A DNA stretch of 64,000 nt from Blasia pusilla (Eukaryota). The notes under the pieces were generated by a model. The model did no database searches, had not been told where the DNA came from, and saw only the letters and a list, made by a program, of their open reading frames with translations. Positions 1-12,053 of this stretch are shown here, piece by piece (positions within the stretch are counted from its first letter, which is position 1; the number at the start of each line of letters is the position of its first letter). Location: contig CM114271.1 in assembly GCA_050084515.1 (NCBI GenBank), forward strand, positions 36,332,001-36,396,000, read 5' to 3'. A program made the position numbers and the translations under genes.

Positions 1-754
1 CACCACTATGGACTTCTCTCTCGAGAAGAGTTATGGCAACGCATCAATTCAAGGCTCCGACATACATTTTCTCATTTCCTGATCTCACAATGGCCCTAAT
101 TTAGAGCTCATAAATTGAAGGGCATTTTCCTTTGATGATACCCTTTGTGAGAAAGATATGGGAATGCTTTTGATTGTAATATTACCCTAGCCTAGTCTTG
201 TTGGCATGCTTGAACAAGGTAGATTCTTTAGCATGATTGTGATGACCTCCAAGATGAATGGACACTCTTGGATCCAATTATCTTTGGGCAAAGGGAATTT
301 CCATGAATGTTGAATCCTTGCAAATAGTATTTTTTTAAGTGAGGGCGAAGCACAGAACGTTAAGATGTCAAATTGAGGGGATTGCAACCCGTGGGAATTC
401 GACAAGTTGAAACATGTTGCAACCTATTTAAAGTCAATGAGTTACAGAGGAGAAATATTTGCAACCTTTTGGATTGAGACAAGTTGCAATAACATATTAC
501 GAACATAATTTTCTTGCAATACGTCAAAATTTGATAAGTTGGAAACTTATGCACCATGTCTAAAACCGATGGGTAACACAAGACTAAGATTTGCAACTCG
601 TCAGATTTAGATAAGTTGCACCAACATATCCAAACACAATTTTATTGCAACCCATTCAAAATCAACAAGTTGAAAACTTATGCAACATGTCTATATCTGA
701 CAAGTTGTACAAGACAATTTTGTACGGACAAAGGATAACTTCTTACAGAATTTG

Positions 755-1254
755 ACTTGCATCAACCACGTCTGCTGCAGTTAGAAGATCCGTCCTTACT
801 CGAAGAAAGACTCTCAACACGAGAACGTGAAGATTCTCTTCGTAGATAGGCACTGGTTTACTAGCTATCTAGTTTACCACTTTGGGAAGACATTCATGAA
901 ACAGGTCATACAATCTCCAACTCCGATAATTCACCTATTGTCACATATGGAAGGATAAGGGATTGTACGTTATATGTTCTTGTATAGCGATCCATGGATG
1001 TTAAGAGGCCTGCTTGAGTAGGATTTAACACTAGTTGTGTTATTTTTCTTTTATACAAATTTTGGGGTTCCATGTTATGAAGAAGTGATTGCCTCGGCAC
1101 TACCTTTCGTGATTCCTGTCGTGAGAGAATGAAAGGTTTACATAATAATTTTATACTGAAAAAGGAGAAATTCTTATAGACTTCAACTTGCATCAACCAC
1201 ATCTACTGCAGCTAGAGGGTCCGCCCTTACTCAATGAAAGGCTCTCGACACGAT
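755..1254 (+). repeat. About 70-bp direct repeat pair (755-823 and 1186-1254) just before the truncated Gypsy copy A
   Basis: acttgcatcaaccacgtctgctgcagttagaagatccgtccttactcg versus acttgcatcaaccacatctactgcagctagagggtccgcccttactca. Confidence 0.7.
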
Positions 1255-4200
1255 AATGGACCCCTACGCGGTTCAACCCTTTTATGGCATGGAAGGGATT
1301 ATTCTAGTACTTTGAGGGTCCGTCGATGGATGATTACATGGAGTTCTGATCTCTATACTCTGTAGAGATTGATGCCTGTAGGGTGTATTGGGCTCCAAGG
1401 TATGTGTCCATTAGTGGCCGTGAGGCGTATGATGGGATAGTGAGAGCGGAGAGACCTTCACCATCAGCCTGGGGACTAGATGGAGAGGATGGTAGTGAGA
1501 GTGGTGAGGTGGCAGAGACCTCTCGTGGTAGATGACCACCAAGTTTTAGTCCTACAATGGAGTTCTTCCGACAATTGGGGAGGAGCTACCAGGGCGTGCG
1601 GACCGACAAACTGAAGAGTCTACAAGATTTCCATAGGAGATCGAGTGAGAGTCCAAGGGATGCATTCACGCACATGCGACAGTTGATCGTTGTCACATAT
1701 GGGGTGATTGAGGCGTAGTCAATACAGTATTGGTACGTGGTGCTAGACGAGGAGCTACGGAGGAGAGTTTGCATTGCGATGTTGCTTCACATGGCAAAGT
1801 CCACATTGAAGGTGGTCTTTGAGTTGTCTGAGCGCGTAGAGCTCAACATGAGGGAGGAGTAGGTGGTGACCACAGGATTTTCGTAGGATTCAACGGGTCG
1901 CTGAGTAGGAGTAGACCCATAGATATCCCAATATGCATTTGTACCATGAGAGCGGGCCGGTGGGCCTAAAGAGCAGGGCCGGTATTGTAAGCTGATGAGG
2001 CAACGGCCTGTACTGACATATGTTTCCCAACAAAGACCAGAATTGGTTTGTTGGACGTGTGGTGGGTCACATAGGCAGAGGGACTCCCCACAGCATGGGA
2101 GAGGGCCATACGCGCCTCTGATTGCTCAAGAGCCATAGAGGATGGTAGTTGCAGTGTGATCATTGTCCTCGATATGGTCACACTAGGGATAGGTGTTATG
2201 ATCTTCGTTGGGAAGTACGTCTAGAGGTAAGCAGAGGACTTGGGGGCGAGAGAGTTCGTGGAGATTGAGTAATGGATGGTTGTGGTGGTAGAGTGCCATC
2301 ACTAGTCACAGAAAATGGAGGACGTGCACCCGATACAACGCTCCTTAATTACGCGCATCGATCAGTTGGAGCATAGGATTGCTGCCATAATGATAATGTA
2401 GCTAAAGGCAGCCTGGAGCTAAGAGTAGCTAGTGTGGCGCCAACCTCCATATCTTACCATAATGCTGGTGAGGATTCTATGGGGATGGGATTTATGTGTA
2501 GTGCGGCTCAGGTTAAGGCTACTGCAATGGTGACTCGGGGTGGTACGAGAGTAACCAAGCCATCGAGAGGTGGGGTTGAGATTGACCCATAAGAGGGGAT
2601 TGATGGGCGGCAGGCCACGGTTCCCCAGTCGTTCACATTGTCGGAGGCACTTCATACACAGTCGATGGTGCCTCGACAATGGATAATACCTACAGGTGAG
2701 GCAAGTGCGTTGACGTTACGAGGAGTTGGATAGACGACTCCTATGCCAGCTCAGGTGGAGCTAATATTGACTACGTTGTTGGAGATGGCCACTAGGGTGA
2801 GCCATGCTCCATTGTTTTCCGCAATGGAGTTGGCGACGTTGGGAGTTTTCCTCCCAGCTGGGGTGTTTTTCTTGGTTAGTCCCATAGGTAGGGTGTACCA
2901 TCCGCACAACATCCTACTTGATTTGGGAGTGCATCCCTTGATGTTAGGGAAGGCGGCGTGTTTGGCATTGGGGTTATGAAAAGGCGACATCAAACGTTGT
3001 CCCTTTCATATACAGACCTCTATTGTGGGCGTATCACCCACGTAGTACATGACTTGAAAGGAGTTGGTGGTTAGACTCGAGCCAGAGCATGAGTCGGATA
3101 GTGCGATGGTGCGCACTTGGGCAATTACAACACCGAAAGAGTCATATGATGTGTTGGTAGGGAGTACATTGTTATATCCCTTTGGTTTTATCTTGGATTT
3201 TTGGGAGGAGACCGTTTCTTATTGGCCAGGGTGGCGATCAGATGATGGACGAGTGAGCCATCTACCAATGTTGTTTGCAAGGAGTAGTGATGGTCGACCA
3301 CGTGAGGATATGGTGACCACATTGGCTGCATTCACAGGTAGTGTGGGCTGATTAGGAGGGTTCGGGGAGATGAGCACACATGCGGAGGACATTCCTCTAG
3401 CAGATAGTCCCACAGAGAGATATGCTAGGGTGGGTGTCTCTTCCCATGGAGCTTCATTATCGTTGTTGGGGACGAGCGTTGAGATACGTGGAGTGTAGAC
3501 GAGCTTGTGAGGCATGCATCGAGCCGTGCCTATGTTTGGAGTAGGGTACGAGAGTGTTAGATCTCTTCGAAGGGATCAACACGACGGGTTGTTGCAATAT
3601 GGCAATGTTGCGGGGATGATGGCACCGATGATGCTAGATGTGTATAGGATAGTAGATCATGTTGGATACATATGTGTATGCTATCTGGAGTTAGGGGGAC
3701 CCAATTGCCAACTCAAGAGGCGGTTGTGGAGGTCTCGGTGTATATGCGTGAGTGTATTTTGCTTATGTGTGGATCTACCCGTATGTTGGGGATGATAAAT
3801 TTTTTGTGGTGTGTAGATATGACCAGCAATGTGGATTGTGTAGCGATGTGTATACGCACTACAATTGTTACATCTTAGTTTGACGTAGGTAGAGTTTTAT
3901 CGCGTCGATGGCATAGAGAGTCAGCAGGTTGTTTGGGTGTAACTTCATCCCGAGATGTTGGATGAGGTTGGCGACAGGTCTGTTGTATCGGGATGTCATT
4001 TATGGTGATTTCTCTATTTTAGTTTTAGTCCATCAGGTGATCCATTGACCGAGTCAACGGTCACCCCGTAACTTGTGCACATAGGTTACCGTTGGTAGGG
4101 CTATCTTTGGGGGAAGAGCCAAAAGGCTCTTCCCAAGGATAAAAGAGTGAGGAAGATGGCTTTCCCAAGCCATCTTTCTCATGTTGAGCCTTAGGAGCAC

Positions 4201-4493
4201 CTCTCTTGCATAGAGGTATGTGGGGTGTAGGAGTAAGGGTGCTAGCGTTCGGATTCCCTCATAGCGGAGGGTGGATGTGGTTCAATACGCCGATGTAGAT
4301 TCATTAGTGGAGTTTTAGGTCGGGTGAGCCGTTTTTACAACTCAGATTTTAAAGTTTTGGGGTCTTGGTGTACATGCGTGAGTATATTTCGTTTATGTGT
4401 TGACCTATCTGTATGTTGGGGAAGATCGGTGTTTTGAGGTGCATAGATATGACCAACGATGTGGATTGTGTAGCGATGTGTATGCGCATGACA
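1255..4493 (+). mobile_element. Gypsy copy A: 5'-truncated, internally deleted (gag, protease, DNMT motif I, terminal region)
   Basis: Gag remnant RFNPFMAWKGLF near 1275; protease-like HNILLDLGVHPLMLGK and YDVLVGSTLLYPFGFILDFWEE (2900-3215); RVLDLFEGINT at 3551-3583. Collinear with 46630-49539. Segment 3866-4345 matches the reverse complement of about 34290-34759. Confidence 0.85.
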
Positions 4494-6216
4494 AGGCTTT
4501 AGAGGCAAGCCATAAATTTTTTATTTTCCATTGAAGTGTGGTAAAAGATTCCATACTTTGGAGTTTGGTCTCGATAGCTCTCCAAACTTGGGTTGGGCTG
4601 TTAGTTGCAATGGAATCCATCGATTTCCAATGGATTGCAGCGGGTGGGATTGTTTGGTTCCTCGATTGGATGTGGGAGCTTTTTTTGAGTTGGAAGCAAC
4701 CCATAGAATTCTGACAACTAGCAATGAGGTGATGAAAAGTCAGAAAGGGGAAGATCAAGGGTTGGAGGGGGCGGTGTTACGACAAACCCTTGGATTTTGA
4801 TAGGTTGAAATTAGTGATAGTTGGACGACTCAAAGTAGGGTTGCTCTGAGCTTATGGTAGGGTAGCTGGGCATGGTTGAGACTACGATGGCTTGGAGTGG
4901 TATTGGATCAACCCGTCGAAGTCCAAAATATTGCAATGAGTTGAGAATGAGTTGATGATAATGTGGCTAGCTAGTGTAATTGTGTGAGGGCGACGCAAGG
5001 GATTCTGGTAGGTTTCATTGAGCAACTGTGTGGATGATGCAAGGAGAACCTAGATGTGTTGGGATCAAACCGTTGGAATCCAATAGGTTGCACCTTGCCT
5101 ACGTAGAGAATGCGCCATAATGGTCAACCGTTCCGACCAACAACCAAAAGTCGCTCCAATAGTAGGGAGCTAAAATCTCTAAGAGTATATAAGGACAAGC
5201 TTTCAACCGACTTCTTTTTTACTTTGCTAAAAAAATTTGAGATATCTCCTTTTTAAGAGGTCCTTGATAGTTGGATTCAAAGCTAGCGACTTGACAATTG
5301 CAAAGTGGTTTTGGCAATTGGTCCCCATTCCTTCTATCGGTTGACAAAATGGCTGGTATCAGTTTAGATGGAATGTCACAACTCCTCAATTAGAAAACTT
5401 TTCAGCATATTGATTAGGGAGAAACTGCCTCATGTTGCTCATATTTGCGAAAAGGCAAAGGGCTCTGCATGGGGCTTTTAGCTCCTTTAGTGGAATTCTT
5501 TGGACATCTGCAATTTTGATCATGACTCGAAAGAAGGGCCCATCTATAAAAGGTGGGAGATTCACTCCCAGGTCCTCTGGGACTCCAATGTCAGATTCTC
5601 CTAGCCTACGCTCATCTGCTCATATACGACGATCAAGATGAGATAGAGGAGCAGGAAAGAGAAGCGAAGATACGAAGGCAAGAGTTGGAAGTGAGAGATG
5701 CATTGGAAGGTGGAGAAGAAGAGAATAGCACATGAGGTGAAACATGTAGAAGAAGCGTAAAAATGGTGCAAAGAGAAAATCGGAATTAGCTAGAGCGTGT
5801 AAGGAGAAGATTGTGGCTACAGAAGACAAAACCCCTCCACCTCCCACCGACAGTGTGGAAATGAAGGATGTCTCCTCTTGGAAACCAGCGGTCAAATGCC
5901 AGTGAGCAACACTGAGAACATCCCCGACAACTTTAAGGGGGAGAAAAAAACGAGTTTTGAGATGGTGAACATCTCTAGATCGGGTTCTTGAGGAGACACT
6001 ACATCATCATTGGAGCCTCTAGCAGAATTGGACCTCTATCTTGTGAATGAGCTTCCAGTTAAATTACCTATTGCTTCTCCATAGTAACTCACCGGACTCT
6101 ACACACACCCAATCTTTGAAAGGGCAAGCAAAAATTGAGATGATTTTTGTAAGAATTCCATACGATTTGTGTCATTGTGGAAAAATGCTTAGCTAAAAAT
6201 TCCCAATTTCTTGCAG

Positions 6217-9200
6217 ATTATCAAGAAAATGGTTGATGGGCTGAAGATACCAAGGATTCCTCTATGTCAACTTTGAACAAAGGAGTACGTTTTTGAAATT
6301 CTCACACAAGGGGACATCAAGAAGTTGAAGCAGGCTGTAGCTTAGGGTTTATATGTAGATAGCTTTCCTCAAGTCTACGTTCAACCCTATGATGAACAAG
6401 GAAAGTAGTACGTTGTCACTGATGAAAAATTGGACAACATGGATGCATTTTGGAAGCTGAGGGAGGCATAATTCAAGAAATCATTAGCTAGCATAAAGTA
6501 CAAGTGGATGCAACACTTGTATTGCTTCATCTAGGATGGACACCACCAATTCATGGCATGGTCCCACTTTGGTGTGGAGTACCCAAATTCATTGGAGGTG
6601 GATTTTTGCGTGAAGGAAATGGTTCTTCATCCATTTCCAAATCACATGGCTACGGTCGAGACAACCATATATTCAATGAATATGTGAGTATTCTTTCACT
6701 GAATTTCATTTCATTCAGCCTTTAGTTCAGCCTCCCTAATCATCTTTGCAACCCGTTCGAGCTCGACGGATCATTAGGAGTTGGGAACATGTATTACTTT
6801 AAGGAAACTTGTCTGATTTATATGGGTTGCATCATATATAGACTGTTATCTACTTTTAGCATCAAGGACACACTTGATGTGTCTACTACGATCCGTCAAA
6901 CTCCGACAGGTTGCATCTTTCTCTCTAGGAATCCTTAGTCAGTCTAGTTGGGTTCTCGGAAACTTGTCGGAGTCCGACAGGTTGCTAGTCCTTGGGAGAA
7001 TTTTCCACAACCTCCGCCTACCTACAAGCCATCATACTCCGATGGGTTGCAATTCCTTATGGAATTTACAGAGAATGGTATTTTCTTTGGCCTTTCTATA
7101 ACGTGTGACGGGTTGCAAGAGGCCAAAAATTTGACTCCTTGCATCAAATCCCTTAAGGGCTTGCAACCTGTCAAAATCTGATGGGTTGCAGGTAGGCCAT
7201 TTTTTTGCAAAATTCTCCCAATGACTCACAACTAATTAGACTCTGACAAGTTGCCCCAAAACCTAGCTAGTCTTATTGAGAGGGTTCCTAGAGAGAAAGA
7301 TGCATATACAACCCTTCAGAGTCCGACGGGTTGCATCTTGTTGTGGACTACGTCAACTCAATCCCAATAACTCAACTCTCTAGAAACCCGTCAAACTCCG
7401 AGAGGTTGGAGTAGACACACTTAGTTTGTTGTTGACTACGTCGACTCATCCCAATAATTCGACTATCTAGCAACTTGTCGAGCTCCGACGGGTTGAATAG
7501 ACGATCATACTTGCCATAGTTGCAACCAGTTTGAGTTCGATAGGTTGCAGGCCAAAAATAATGATTGCAAATATACACATTACAATGAGGATATGGTGGA
7601 ACTAAAAAGGTCCAATGAAGAGTTTTCTTGCAACCTATCGAAATCTGATGGGTTGCATGCAATATTAATTCTAACGTGGACCATTTTTTTTTCAGGATTG
7701 TTACCAAAAGGAACGTCAGCCACCACTAAATCCAGGAATGCGGCCGAGTCAAGAAGGTGCTTACAACGCATCTTGGACACTACAAAGGGTTTCTTGGGGA
7801 TGCTACACTCACAATTCTTCGTTCACAGATTCAAGCGGCAAAGAGAAGTGCACACCTTGAGCTGGAGAGGGAGAGTGGAATGTATCTAGAGCTCATAGGA
7901 CCAATTTATTCAGGTTGCCATATCCACTACAACAAAGTATACAACTAGCAAAATGCAAAGGTACATCACCTTGCTGAACTTGAGGCTAGACCCAAACTCT
8001 TACAAGGAGCTCAAGGCGATTATCAAATGCGAGCAAAAGAGGGATGAAGATCCCCATGGCCCAATTGGAGAGATAATCATCACTCTTGGAATTCATGAGA
8101 ATTAGATTGATGAAAATGAGTCTAGAGGGGACACAGGCGGAGAAGAAGCCGGCTCACCACCTGGTGGTGAGCCGCCTTCTTCTTCGCCTCTGCCCTCGGG
8201 GTTCTGGATCCTATGATCTCTTAGTGGTTGAGGGAGTGGTCTTTATAGGATGCATTGTGGCTCCTTGGAAAGTCCATCATTGGATGCCTACAAGTTGAAC
8301 TTAAAAAGCTAGAACCAGTTCTAGATGAGGCCGGCTTAGAGTCGACCAAGGATGTTGAAATTTGGTTAGAAGAGGTCCGAAACCGGGTTTAAAAACAATG
8401 TTTGAGAAGAATTTTTTTCAGCGGGGGGATCTTGACAATTGCATATAAGGAGGGGCATCAACGACCCAAAGAAAAGGGATTTCACCAAGAATAAGAGAGA
8501 TCTTCTAGAACAAGCGATCGAGTCATCACAACAACAAGTTGCCTAGAGGATAGTGTATTGATTTTCCGTATATTGTTTGAATGTAGGTTCATGAAGCAAG
8601 TATCAGACTTCCTATAGATGGTGATGAATGAAACCTTGTGGCAATGGATTCTCCATGTACGATGGTGAAATGGCGCAAGACAAGACTGAATGGGAGTTTC
8701 TCTACTGTCCATCTCACTAGACTACAACAAAGATGTTGATTTTAGCGATAAAGCTTTGAAGCTTTGATCCATGATGTAGTTGTGTCTTGGGAGGACAACA
8801 TCCCCAACCTCTTGAAGGTTGAAGATTATTTTGAGGGTGATACGAAGAAGTAGGCCCTTGAGACTGCTGATCTTGTGTCGAAGGTGGTCACGGCGAAGGA
8901 CAAGTCAACAACCAGGCTGAAGGCGACAACGAAGAGGTCTAAGAAATTAGAAGCTGGATCCTCTAGGCAAGAAGGAAGGGTGAGAGAGGCCCCCAAATAA
9001 ATTCTTTTGCATTCAGAGGTCATAGAGACCCCAATGAGTAGATAAAAACTTTGGGAGAAGCGAAAGCCAATGACACCAGGCTCCTCTAAGGGAAGTAATA
9101 AGGATGTGTTTTACACTCCCTCTTTGTTAGGAAAGGAAGGGACTAGTAGGATAGTAATTCTCCTCAATTAGACCTCTCTACGGGACAAATTGGAGAAATT

Positions 9201-10700
9201 TTCTTATTAGGAGTCTAGCGCAACGCTAGAGAAGCTCACAAACTTGGGATGAAAGCTTCAACGAAATGACCATGCTCCTTGGATGGTGAATGAGTTTCTA
9301 GAAGGCGTAATACTAGATCTTCTGATTTTGGATTTCCCATCCGGGTTCAAGTTGTGGGACAATAACCCACTCGACACGGTCCTAGATTGGAACAAACCTC
9401 TCACGTATGACTAAATCGCATTGATATTCTCCGTTGCCAACACTTACATGAGTGATACCGAATGCTTCCTTGTTCTAATTAGAGGAAGCAAAGACAAGCT
9501 CTTCGACCTGCAGTATGTGGAGAGGTCATTGTAGTGACAGATGGCGCAGTCTTGGTTATCAAGAATGACTACCCCTTGAGGTCTTCTGCAAATCAAGTCT
9601 TGGACTTTTCTCCAAATATATAGTTAAGTTTTTTTTTGCAATCCCTAGGAATTCAAATGATTGCAAATTAGTGAATTCTCTCCAAATAGGTAGTAAAGTT
9701 TGTTTTCTGCCACCTTTCGCACTCGTGCAAGTTGCATACTCGTTGCCTCAATTTCCTACAGCAACCCAACGGAATCCCACAAGTTGTTGTCACTCCATAA
9801 CTTGTTAGATTCCGTCGGGTTGATGGATAAATCAAGGAAAGTGCTATTTGCAACCATGGTTGCACACAAACGGACATGCCCAACGGGTCCCCCGCTCGGG
9901 TTTTTTTTTATACATCAATGGCCCGAGCGGGCTTGGGACACGGGAAGGGTGTGGGTACAGGTCAACCAACATGTAGCCTACACTGGACGGTGGAGGGTGA
10001 GCCCACAACCCGCCCTTTGCAGGCCAAAGCACGCTTAGGGCAGGTCGATGTGGGCTACAAAACGGGTGACGGGTGCTAAGAATAGGTGTGGGTTGGCCAA
10101 GCCCCAATGTACATTGTGGGCAGGGCGGGCTCGGGTGCAGGTACCCGCACCCGTATGAACATATCCGTCCTAGGGACGGACATAAGGGATTTTTCCATTT
10201 CTTACTCGATTACATCATGACATGAATGCTTGACAAATTTTTGTGCGTAGATTGAGTAGTCCTACGTGTACTTTTTTGTGAGGCTAGACCATAGGTTTGA
10301 TATTTTCCAAGTCGAGGATCATGTTGATCCTTCCTCATATGGGTACACTACTTCACCTTGAGCATTTTTCGCAAATCACCCCTAGGAATTTACCTTGAGA
10401 ATAATGAGCCTCGTCTAGGAGGAAGGCATAAGACACTTATGTAGACGCTGATGGAGCTTTGCTTGCCCTCCAGGGATTTAGTTTTGGATTTGGTGGGACT
10501 TTCGAGGGCATGTGTTAGAGTCGCATGGCAGAGCGGTAGAAACATCCTCTGCCTAGAGGCAAGGAGGTAGCAGTTTGGTCTATGCCAGGAGGCTAAGGCT
10601 GGCTACGAGAGGCATCTTGGAGTTTACAAGTCATCGGCACTCGAAAAGACAAGTGCAACAAACCCATTTGTGGTGACACCATCATCACTCCCAGTCATTC
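6217..10700 (+). pseudogene. Degenerate spliced gene: ParB/Sulfiredoxin-like domain plus beta-class amino-methyltransferase (N6-A/N4-C)-like domain
   Basis: Manual translation through stops: YCFI*DGHHQFMAW (6520-6561); GT-AG intron 6684-7695 that preserves frame; VILDLLILDFPSG...DWN...LIFSVANTYMSDTECFLV (9307-9474, motif IV-like and downstream); KTLM*TLMELCLPSRDLVLDLVGLSRACVRVAWQSGRNILCLE (10430-10558, motif X-I-II-like). Many stops and frameshifts; both ends are approximate. Confidence 0.6.
9855..10200. mobile_element. Truncated hAT-type MITE related to the 56423 and 61420 copies
   Basis: Starts catggttgcacacaaacggacat, the reverse complement of the right end of the other MITEs; has ggacgga/tccgtcc subterminal motifs. 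No second TIR was found. Confidence 0.55.
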
Positions 10701-11504
10701 CAAGAGTTGGGTGGGCAAAGCCAGTAGTGATTTCGGACAAGTGAGTGAGTTGGTTTTAGAAGTGTTTTGGAGTTGGGCTGTAATGGTTTCAAGCGGAGGA
10801 ACGGATGTTAAGTGTGGATGGATATCACTTTGCAGAGCATATAAGATTACTTTCCTAGTCTCTTGCAATTTGTGACTATTTTCGATTTCACACATAGGGG
10901 AGGCTACTCTTAAGTAAAAGAACCTATAACGTTCAAGAGAGTGAAAGGAAATTCATAGACTCTAGTGGAGATCCCGAACTAGGGAAACTATCGATCCTTT
11001 TTATCATGCTCATAGTAAAGAGGAAATTTTGGTTTGTGAAGGCGATTTTTATGCTAAACTAGTGGATGCCCGTGCGATTCATGGATTAATGATAGGTCAT
11101 TTAACCTCGTGGGTATTCACGTTACCCATCAATACCAAAAAAAAACTCAAATCGATCGTGTCTACCCCGCCATGAATGACCCCCAAAACTGACCTCGTGT
11201 GATTTAAGGACAATAGGATTGATCTACAATGCCCAAGTGTAACGAGAGATGTTAAAAACTCAAAAGCACACTCTCTTATAATATAATAGATTCTTACGGC
11301 AGTGGAACGCACTCATTCGGACTCGTCGGAAATATTAGCCGAGAAAATGGATGAAACATGAAGTTAGGGTTTCTATGACTTTTCCTCATTTTCTCGGCCA
11401 TGGCTTGGAGGCACAAAAGGGTCGCTCTATCCCAATGGTGGCAAGTAGAATGACCAAGCCTATGAAAAGTCCACATGAAACTTTATGCCACGTAACATAA
11501 GAAC

Positions 11505-11720
11505 TTTCACGAATGAGAACCTGAGGCAAATGTACACGTGTCAAGAACCTAAGGGTTGCAGAGCCAAGCCCCAAACGACTGGCCAAGAGGTTCACGATCC
11601 TTCGCTCCGTTCCACTTCCACCTTGTCCGAAGCACTGATCACAAGAAGACAAAAGAACGTTCGAGGCCTAGTCATTCGGGGCAAAGGCGCCGCTCAAGGC
11701 AGTGACGCGACGTGGCCACA
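11505..11720 (+). promoter_or_regulatory. Candidate G-box/ABRE-like ACGT elements upstream of PsbS
   Basis: gccacgtaa at about 11508 and gacgtggc at about 11709, 340-550 bp upstream of the ATG of a high-light-responsive gene. Short motifs that could be chance. Confidence 0.3.
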
Positions 11721-12053
11721 TTTGTGTGCTCCCAACTGGCTGAGTGGATGGGAATCGGGTGGTGTGATCAGGTTCGGGAGAGGCTCGCAACGGAAGAGAT
11801 GGGCTTGGGATCGAAGCTAGGATTCATTGCGGACCTACAAAAATGAGTGAAAGAAATGCTGTTTGCTCGTGGATACGCCTCGCGAAACTGCTAACCTACT
11901 TGTGCAGCCCGCGCTCTTCCATTAAGTGGCCCCGGGTTCGCACTTGTTCACATCCCTTAGGCGATCGGCGAACACTAGCAGCGTAGTGCACATCTGTTCT
12001 GTAATTTCCTCCGCCCTTCTGTGATTCATTCGGACGGACGTAGTGTTGCAAGT

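Larger units (their letters stand above)
382..9825. repeat. Dispersed imperfect 31-bp palindrome, consensus about TTGCAACCCGTC-N7-GACGGGTTGCAA, in four clusters
   Basis: Roughly 25 degenerate copies by eye, at about 382-710, 4780-5095, 6745-7660 and 9715-9825. Examples: 7161-7190 ttgcaacctgtcaaaatctgatgggttgca, 7520-7549, 7628-7657, 382-412. Confidence 0.85.

Noticed and set aside
382-7660. Palindromic repeats as a CRISPR array
   Set aside because: Spacing is irregular, the repeats are degenerate with variable cores, there are no cas genes, and the context is eukaryotic.
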